Assembly (NCBI GenBank): GCA_963845185.1
Contig: CAWJRG010000010.1
Coordinates: 160,001 to 224,000, forward strand
Origin: an uncultured bacterium
Lineage (GTDB): Bacteria; Oederibacteriota; PGYV01; CAWJRG01
DNA: 64,000 nucleotides
Direction: 5' to 3'
The translations under genes and the position numbers were made by a program. The notes below the pieces were generated by a model. That model had not been told where the DNA came from, did not search any database, and was given only the letters and a program-made list of their open reading frames with translations. Below, one piece after another: positions 58,551-64,000 of this stretch (its first letter is position 1; each line of letters starts with the position of its first letter).

Positions 58551-58831
58551 CTGCAATATTTGGTTGTGTACACTATTGTGTGTAATTTCAAAACCAAACA
58601 GACTCTCGCCCCTTGTTGAGTTAAATAGTCTGGTAGACTATTTAACGGGTAGAAGTCATTTATAATTTAAAATATGCTTTTCTACCCAAGAGTAAGAGAG
58701 AGGGGGCGGAGGAAATATAGGAATTATCACCCTCACCCTGACCCTCTCCCGTCAAGGGAGAGGGGTTTCTCTTTCTAATTATAATAGAATTGAAATTACA
58801 CACTAATAACGACAGTATCGCAATATTTCAG
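58551..58831. repeat. Nested repeat cluster: outer GTGTGTAATTTCA inverted repeats, a REP doublet and a 68-bp double-hairpin insert (58620-58687)
   Basis: GTGTGTAATTTCA (58578-58590) pairs with TGAAATTACACAC (58791-58803). Intact REP at 58730-58764. The left REP is interrupted by GTTAAATAGTCT-GGT-AGACTATTTAAC + GGGTAGA...TCTACCC. Confidence 0.75.
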
Positions 58832-58842
58832 GATTTTTCATT

Positions 58843-58870
58843 GTAGAGACACGCCATGGCGTGTCTCTAC
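58843..58870. repeat. GTAG-tagged REP palindrome
   Basis: Perfect 28-bp palindrome GTAGAGACACGCCATGGCGTGTCTCTAC. Confidence 0.8.
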
Positions 58871-58939
58871 TTCATTTTGTTGAATATTAGACAACGAAAA
58901 CGGTTAAAAGTTGCGTAATCCCCCTTACTTATAAAAATC

Positions 58940-58970
58940 AAAAACCCGCAGCTAAAACGAGCTGCGGGTT
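58940..58970 (-). terminator. Rho-independent terminator
   Basis: AACCCGCAGCT-AAAACG-AGCTGCGGGTT followed by a T-run on the minus strand. Confidence 0.75.
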
Positions 58971-58999
58971 ATGGCCTTTACCCTCTTTCCTCTCCTGAG

Positions 59000-61900
59000 T
59001 TATCTCAATATTATAATTGTATCCGGCTCGGAAATTTCCGTTTTGCCGTTGTTATCCGTTAAAATCACATAATAATATGTCCCGTCGCTTAAGTCGTTAA
59101 GCTCTCCCGGTTCAAAGTTCAAATAGCCCTGTGTTATTATCTGCTGCATTTGGGCTCCGTCGAAAACAAATTGTTTCACCAGCCTGAAAGATACTGTATA
59201 TATTTTTACAGTCACCCTGTCAGTTCCCTGGGTAAAATAATAAAGGATTGTCAATCCCGGCCATTTGCCCGGATTTACAGGATTGGGATACGGCCTCGGC
59301 TTTTTATGAGGCGGCGCGGGAGTCGCGGTTGGCGTAACCTGCTGGATATTAAGCGTTGGTGTGCTGGTCGCGCCTGCAATTTGCTGAGTCTGGCTGGCTG
59401 TCGGCGTGATAGTCACTGTCAGGCTCGGGGTCAATGTCATGGTCGCCGTGTATGTATATGTCGGTGTAACTGTAAATGTACTTGTCGAACTTGGGCATAT
59501 ATGATTTACGTTTATTGTATTCGAGTTAACTGTAACCCCCGCATATGAAATGCTTGCCGTATTCGGCCATGTCATGCACCAGTATTGGGAACTCAGGTAA
59601 TAATTCTCGACTGTATATGTAAAATCCTGGCAGGAGTTTGCCGCAAAACCACTTGGCCATGTCAGAGAAAAATTAAAACTGCCGTTTGATTCATTTGGCC
59701 CCATGCTTCCGTTGGATACGCCATATGGCCCTGAAAACTGGTCGTCAGCTGTACTATTCCACGAGTCTGTCAGTAAAACCTGGTTGACTGTATATCCGCC
59801 TGTGTTGCATATATGCAGGGCAAAAGTTATTATATTTGCCGCGTTTATATCCGTCATATCTGCGCTGCCCACTACAGTTTTATTTATTGTAAAAATCGGC
59901 GGCATCGACTGGGTAGTTGTCATTGTAGGCGTTTCAGTCGGCGTCGTTGAAGCTGTGCACCCGCAGGGTACTGTAGGAGTTATTGTATATGTCGGCGTAA
60001 CAGTCGGTGTATTTGTTAATGTTGATCCCGGCGGTACCTGGGTGAATGTCACAGTCGGTGTCGAGCACGCATCCTGCATAATGACCGTGGATACAGGCGA
60101 AGCAGCCTGCCCCGGGTAAATCAGCGAAGCGTTGTTGTTCCAGTTGCACGTGTTAATATGCTGGTTGTTTGTCAGCCACATCTGCCATGTATAGCATCCC
60201 ATAAATCCCCCGGGCGTAGGCACTATTGACACCGTGCTAATGCCATTGTTTGTGTTAACATTTATTGTTGATATTCCATTTGCGTTTATGTTTGTATTAT
60301 TATTCCAGTTAAACTGCCAGCCGTCTGCATTATCGCTCGACCAGTCGTCAATAATGGTAAAATTCTGTGTAGCTCCGCCGCTGTTGTTGCAGAACACAAG
60401 GTTGAATGTAACAATATCATTGGTAGTATTTATTATCGTTTTGCTGGATGTTTTGGATATTGTAAATGCCGGCGTTGTTGTCGGCGTCACTGTCGGCGAT
60501 ATGCAAATTATATTGAATACTGTTTGATTTGAAAATTCAGGTACAATATTTGTCGCGCCTATGCCGCCGACATTTGTAAAACTCTCGGCGCACGCTGACG
60601 TGGACGCCCACCATGTGTATGAGCCGCTTTGGTCGCTTATGTTGCCGAGTTGCCAGCTTACCGGGCTTGTTCCGCTCGCGCCAGGGCTTGACCCCTGATA
60701 TGTCAGGCCTGTCGGTACCGTGTCGTACAACACCGCGTTTGCCGCTACCCTCGGTACTAATATCATAAAATTATTATATGAGTCCTGTACCGTGCCATTG
60801 CCATCGCCAGACTGGTTACCTACTCCGGGCCTCCAATCAGTATATGTGCCTGTGCCTGAGCAGTTAAAGTTCGCGTTTGACGCTGCTCCTGTATCTGTCC
60901 ATGAAACCTGGTACCCTGCCGGCTCAGGCTGCCCGATTTGCCATACTTTTGCATTAAATATATAATCAGTTCCGTTTGTTGTCATATATGTCTTTGTCCT
61001 GTACCATGTATTTCCGGTTATTGTTTGCGAGCTTGAAGCTCCTCCATATATGCAGGCCATACCTCCTCCGCATCTCTGTATGGCCAAATATCCGTCCGAA
61101 GGTGCTGTATCCATTGATAAAATCAGACTGTAACCGTAATTATTAGCGCCTGTCTGTCCATTGTCCCTTAAAATCACCAGGCCGTCTGCTCCGGGATATG
61201 TGCCAGGGTTTATGAAAACATCTGCTTCAACAATGCCAGTGCATATCTGCACATTTGAAGGCGTAGGGTCATCAAGCAAAAGCGCCGGGTATGACGATGA
61301 CTGGCCAGCCCCAGTCAATATCCTGTCTCCTGAATTGCACGGGTCTGATATTGTCCATGTCCCATTGTCGGTATTATAAGGCATTAATTTCCACCCTGAC
61401 GGAGGCGTGGTTGAAGAAGTCCCTGTCGCTGTGTCGTCAAATGCCCTGTATACCTTGAGCTGGTCGCCGTTTACCTGGTAATTGAGATAATATGTTATCA
61501 TAACCGAAGAGCTTGGCAGTTTCATGAATGTGCTCACGCTCTCCAGTTTTTGCACTGATATTGCCGCCTGCCCAACTATCAAAGTTGCTGATGCGCTCGC
61601 GTTGGTACTACCGCTTGTCCCTGTTGCAGTGTTCGGTATTGACGTGCCTGACGCCATTGCCGTTGTCATCATCATCAATATCCATACTGTCCCTGACTTC
61701 ATATATGTCGATGTTGGAAACGTCCATGTTACTGTGCCTGTTGTGGCTCCTGCCACAGGTGCGCTCACGCTTCCACTGTTTATTGAGCTTGGCCCGACTG
61801 ATACCAGGGCAAGGCTTCCGCCTCCGGGCAGGGCATCCGTAATTGTAAGCGGCCCGTTGCCGTATGTGTAGTCTATTGAAAATAATACCAGGTCACCTAC

Positions 61901-62599
61901 GTTCTGCAATACTCCCTCTGCCCTTTTATCCAGTGTAATTGAATTTGCGGGCGGCGTTGGCAGCGGCCAGCCTAATACCAGCCCGGAACCGTTTGGACTG
62001 CATGCGCCGTTTGTTAAAGCAACCCAGTTGCTTCCTCCAAAATATGAACTATCTGCGCCTATGAGCAGATTAAGGTTAGTCGCGCCGCATGCTGTCCCCA
62101 TCTGCTGTGCGCCCGGCATTGTCAGGGTATATGTTTCTGTAACCAACATTCCACTACCCGCGCCGCCGCAGTCATTGCAGTTCTGGACAAACGGTGACGG
62201 CATTGGCAAATTATAGCCAAAATTCATGCCACTGTTCGCGTTATTTGGGTTTGCGTCGGGAATATTTATACCGTCGCTGCTTATTAAGAATACCTGGCCT
62301 CCTGTATTGGGAGGCTGGAAAGCACTGCTCGTGCTCGCAGCAACAAGCAGTTCATTAGGGATAGAATACTCATCTATACACATATTAATATTTAAAATAA
62401 ATTGCTGTTCCCAACCCGGGTTTGAAGGTATTATATTTGCTGAAATTATTTGCGGGGAGTTTGCGTAAACCAAACTGCCTGATAATAAAAATGACAATAT
62501 GACAAGGCAAAAACTGAAGGCTTTTATTTTTTGAGGCTTTTTATTTGCGGTCGTTTTCAAGTTTCGCCGTCTCCTTTGATGTTTCCTGCCCTTATACAT
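59000..62599 (-). CDS. Large Cys-rich secreted protein with DUF11-like Ig repeats, Thr tracts and CTD
   Basis: Signal peptide (possible TTG start at 62560 after AGGAG); repeats I.K......D.(V/I)TF.L...N.G......D.W; PYPNPVNP...GTYYYVIL CTD. Confidence 0.8.
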   Translation of the reverse strand: MYKGRKHQRRRRNLKTTANKKPQKIKAFSFCLVILSFLLSGSLVYANSPQIISANIIPSNPGWEQQFILNINMCIDEYSIPNELLVAASTSSAFQPPNTGGQVFLISSDGINIPDANPNNANSGMNFGYNLPMPSPFVQNCNDCGGAGSGMLVTETYTLTMPGAQQMGTACGATNLNLLIGADSSYFGGSNWVALTNGACSPNGSGLVLGWPLPTPPANSITLDKRAEGVLQNVGDLVLFSIDYTYGNGPLTITDALPGGGSLALVSVGPSSINSGSVSAPVAGATTGTVTWTFPTSTYMKSGTVWILMMMTTAMASGTSIPNTATGTSGSTNASASATLIVGQAAISVQKLESVSTFMKLPSSSVMITYYLNYQVNGDQLKVYRAFDDTATGTSSTTPPSGWKLMPYNTDNGTWTISDPCNSGDRILTGAGQSSSYPALLLDDPTPSNVQICTGIVEADVFINPGTYPGADGLVILRDNGQTGANNYGYSLILSMDTAPSDGYLAIQRCGGGMACIYGGASSSQTITGNTWYRTKTYMTTNGTDYIFNAKVWQIGQPEPAGYQVSWTDTGAASNANFNCSGTGTYTDWRPGVGNQSGDGNGTVQDSYNNFMILVPRVAANAVLYDTVPTGLTYQGSSPGASGTSPVSWQLGNISDQSGSYTWWASTSACAESFTNVGGIGATNIVPEFSNQTVFNIICISPTVTPTTTPAFTISKTSSKTIINTTNDIVTFNLVFCNNSGGATQNFTIIDDWSSDNADGWQFNWNNNTNINANGISTINVNTNNGISTVSIVPTPGGFMGCYTWQMWLTNNQHINTCNWNNNASLIYPGQAASPVSTVIMQDACSTPTVTFTQVPPGSTLTNTPTVTPTYTITPTVPCGCTASTTPTETPTMTTTQSMPPIFTINKTVVGSADMTDINAANIITFALHICNTGGYTVNQVLLTDSWNSTADDQFSGPYGVSNGSMGPNESNGSFNFSLTWPSGFAANSCQDFTYTVENYYLSSQYWCMTWPNTASISYAGVTVNSNTINVNHICPSSTSTFTVTPTYTYTATMTLTPSLTVTITPTASQTQQIAGATSTPTLNIQQVTPTATPAPPHKKPRPYPNPVNPGKWPGLTILYYFTQGTDRVTVKIYTVSFRLVKQFVFDGAQMQQIITQGYLNFEPGELNDLSDGTYYYVILTDNNGKTEISEPDTIIILR

Positions 62600-62609
62600 A
62601 TTATATTGA

Positions 62610-62637
62610 GTTCCCCCATCTCTGTCAATGGGGGAAC
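62610..62637 (-). terminator. Hairpin, possible terminator
   Basis: GTTCCCCCAT-CTCTGTCA-ATGGGGGAAC. Confidence 0.45.
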
Positions 62638-62667
62638 ATTGCTATGCCGGTTTAGTTCAAACGTTCC

Positions 62668-64000
62668 TTACCTTACAACCGCCACCTTTTCAGTTACTTT
62701 GCACTGGCCGAGCCGTATATAAATCAAATATATGCCTGAAGCCACGGTCTTGCCGCTGTCATTGGTTCCGTCCCAGGAAGCATTCACATCCCCGCTTTCC
62801 TGGTCGTTTGCGATTGTTTTTACCAGAATGCCGTTTCTGTCGTAAACTATTATGACTACGCTCATCTGCGTATAAAGCGAATAATGGATGGTCAGGTATT
62901 GGCCCTGCGACGGATAAATAATATTCTGAAATAATGTTATAGTTTGGCACGGCATTTGGCTTGTAGCCGGCGTTGGTTGAATCACAAGAGTTGGCGTTGC
63001 TGTCACAGTAGCCGTGGAAGTTATGGGTGTAACTGGATATGTCGCAGATGTTGTCGGCGTATTTGTGGCAGTCACTATTGGCGTCAATGCAGACGTAAAA
63101 GTGGCTGTAGGCGAACATACAAAAAAGGACGCGCCGGATATTGCGCCCTGGCTGTCCATGGCAGTGTTTACGATAGTGCCCGAATTTGACGTCACCTGTC
63201 CCACCCATGCTGCAACGCCGCTCTGCCCTGGCCCAAGGGGGTTTGAAAAAGTCCAGTTTATGACACCGGCATTATTACTCCCGCTGCCGCTTATTGACAC
63301 TACATTCATTTGAGCCGGTATCGTGTCCCATATAGCATAAGCGTTTATTGTAGTTGCGCCGACATTAATGTAACTTATGCTGTATGTCACCAAATCGTTC
63401 AAGCCTGCGCACGCCGCGCTCGCTGTTTTTGTGATTGACGTGGCCCCGGTTATATTCTGTGTATTTGTAACCGTCGGGGTTGATGCCGTAGTTGCCGTAT
63501 CTATCGGCGTGTATGTCCCTGTCACGGTCGGCGTGTTTGTTTGCGTCCATGTCGGCGTCGGAGTGCTCGTGGATGCGTTTGTCACTACCAGTGTCATTGT
63601 CCATGTTGGCGTATATGTATATGTCGGCGTGTTTGTCCGTGTCCATGTCGGCGTGCTTGTTGATGTGCCTGATAGTACAGGCGGCGGAGTAAATGTTATA
63701 GTCATAGTATATGTCTTAGTGACTGTTGAAGTCACCGTATTCGTTGATGTGCCTGAAATTGCGGGTGTCGGCGTCCAGGTTGTCGTAATAGTATACGTCT
63801 GCGATGGCGTAGGCGATGTTGTCAATAAGCCGGTGTTTATTGTAGGTGAAGGCGTAACTGTGAATATAGAACAGTTATCTGACAAAATCACCGTGGATAC
63901 AACCGACGGCTGCCCGTTCCAGGCAAGCGATGCGTTGTTGTGCCAGTTGCATGTATTGTTGGATTGCGCGTTCCCTATATACATCTGGAATGTAAAGCAC
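62668..64000 (-). CDS. C-terminal part of a secreted DUF11/Thr-rich protein with FlgD-Ig-like CTD (paralog of 59000-62599), begins beyond the window
   Basis: Frame is open to the edge (CFTFQMYIG...TCNWHNNASL vs CYTWQMWL...TCNWNNNASL). ITKTAS...VTYSISY.N.G...I.DT.P, and WDGTNDSGKTVASGIY. Confidence 0.85.
   Translation of the reverse strand, partial: CFTFQMYIGNAQSNNTCNWHNNASLAWNGQPSVVSTVILSDNCSIFTVTPSPTINTGLLTTSPTPSQTYTITTTWTPTPAISGTSTNTVTSTVTKTYTMTITFTPPPVLSGTSTSTPTWTRTNTPTYTYTPTWTMTLVVTNASTSTPTPTWTQTNTPTVTGTYTPIDTATTASTPTVTNTQNITGATSITKTASAACAGLNDLVTYSISYINVGATTINAYAIWDTIPAQMNVVSISGSGSNNAGVINWTFSNPLGPGQSGVAAWVGQVTSNSGTIVNTAMDSQGAISGASFFVCSPTATFTSALTPIVTATNTPTTSATYPVTPITSTATVTATPTLVIQPTPATSQMPCQTITLFQNIIYPSQGQYLTIHYSLYTQMSVVIIVYDRNGILVKTIANDQESGDVNASWDGTNDSGKTVASGIYLIYIRLGQCKVTEKVAVVR

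Noticed and set aside
54382..58870. CRISPR array
   Set aside because: The repeats are inverted, dispersed and degenerate, with no regular repeat-spacer period and no cas genes.
1..64000. tRNA, rRNA, prophage or intact IS
   Set aside because: No cloverleaf or rRNA signatures, phage structural genes, integrase or transposase ORFs were recognised by eye. A tRNAscan/Rfam run would be needed to exclude small RNAs.

Overview
Bacterial genomic window, moderately AT-rich, with most genes on the minus strand. No rRNA, tRNA, CRISPR array, transposase or reverse transcriptase could be recognised. Housekeeping and metabolic genes: AcrB-family RND fragment, tautomerase, xylA-xylB, cellobiose 2-epimerase, menA, nitroreductase, rlmD, HIT, mtaB, two PilB/GspE ATPases and a TPR-PBP. 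These are interleaved with a large family of secreted proteins built as signal peptide + variable domain (PQQ-type propellers, GH8, clan-A GH, CBM3, LVIVD, DUF11) + Thr/Pro-rich tract + C-terminal PNP...G-x-Y...K-x-x-x-x-K/R domain resembling T9SS type A/FlgD-Ig sorting domains (11 such CTDs), and with four GT-C-like membrane glycosyltransferases. Main unusual observations: (1) a three-copy propeller gene array that is a patchwork of identical segments, with poly-G tracts and spare C-terminal cassettes placed behind stop codons and joined by heptamer repeats; (2) a DUF559 nuclease gene bracketed by a REP-like palindrome family; (3) several small palindromic element families nested inside each other, including a 66-68 bp double hairpin with covarying stems found three times, each inside another repeat; (4) a galactokinase-like protein with degenerate catalytic motifs in the pilB operon. 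Four frameshifts could be sequencing or assembly errors. The overall architecture suggests a polysaccharide-degrading diderm, possibly Goldbacteria-like (inference only). All alignments were done by eye.
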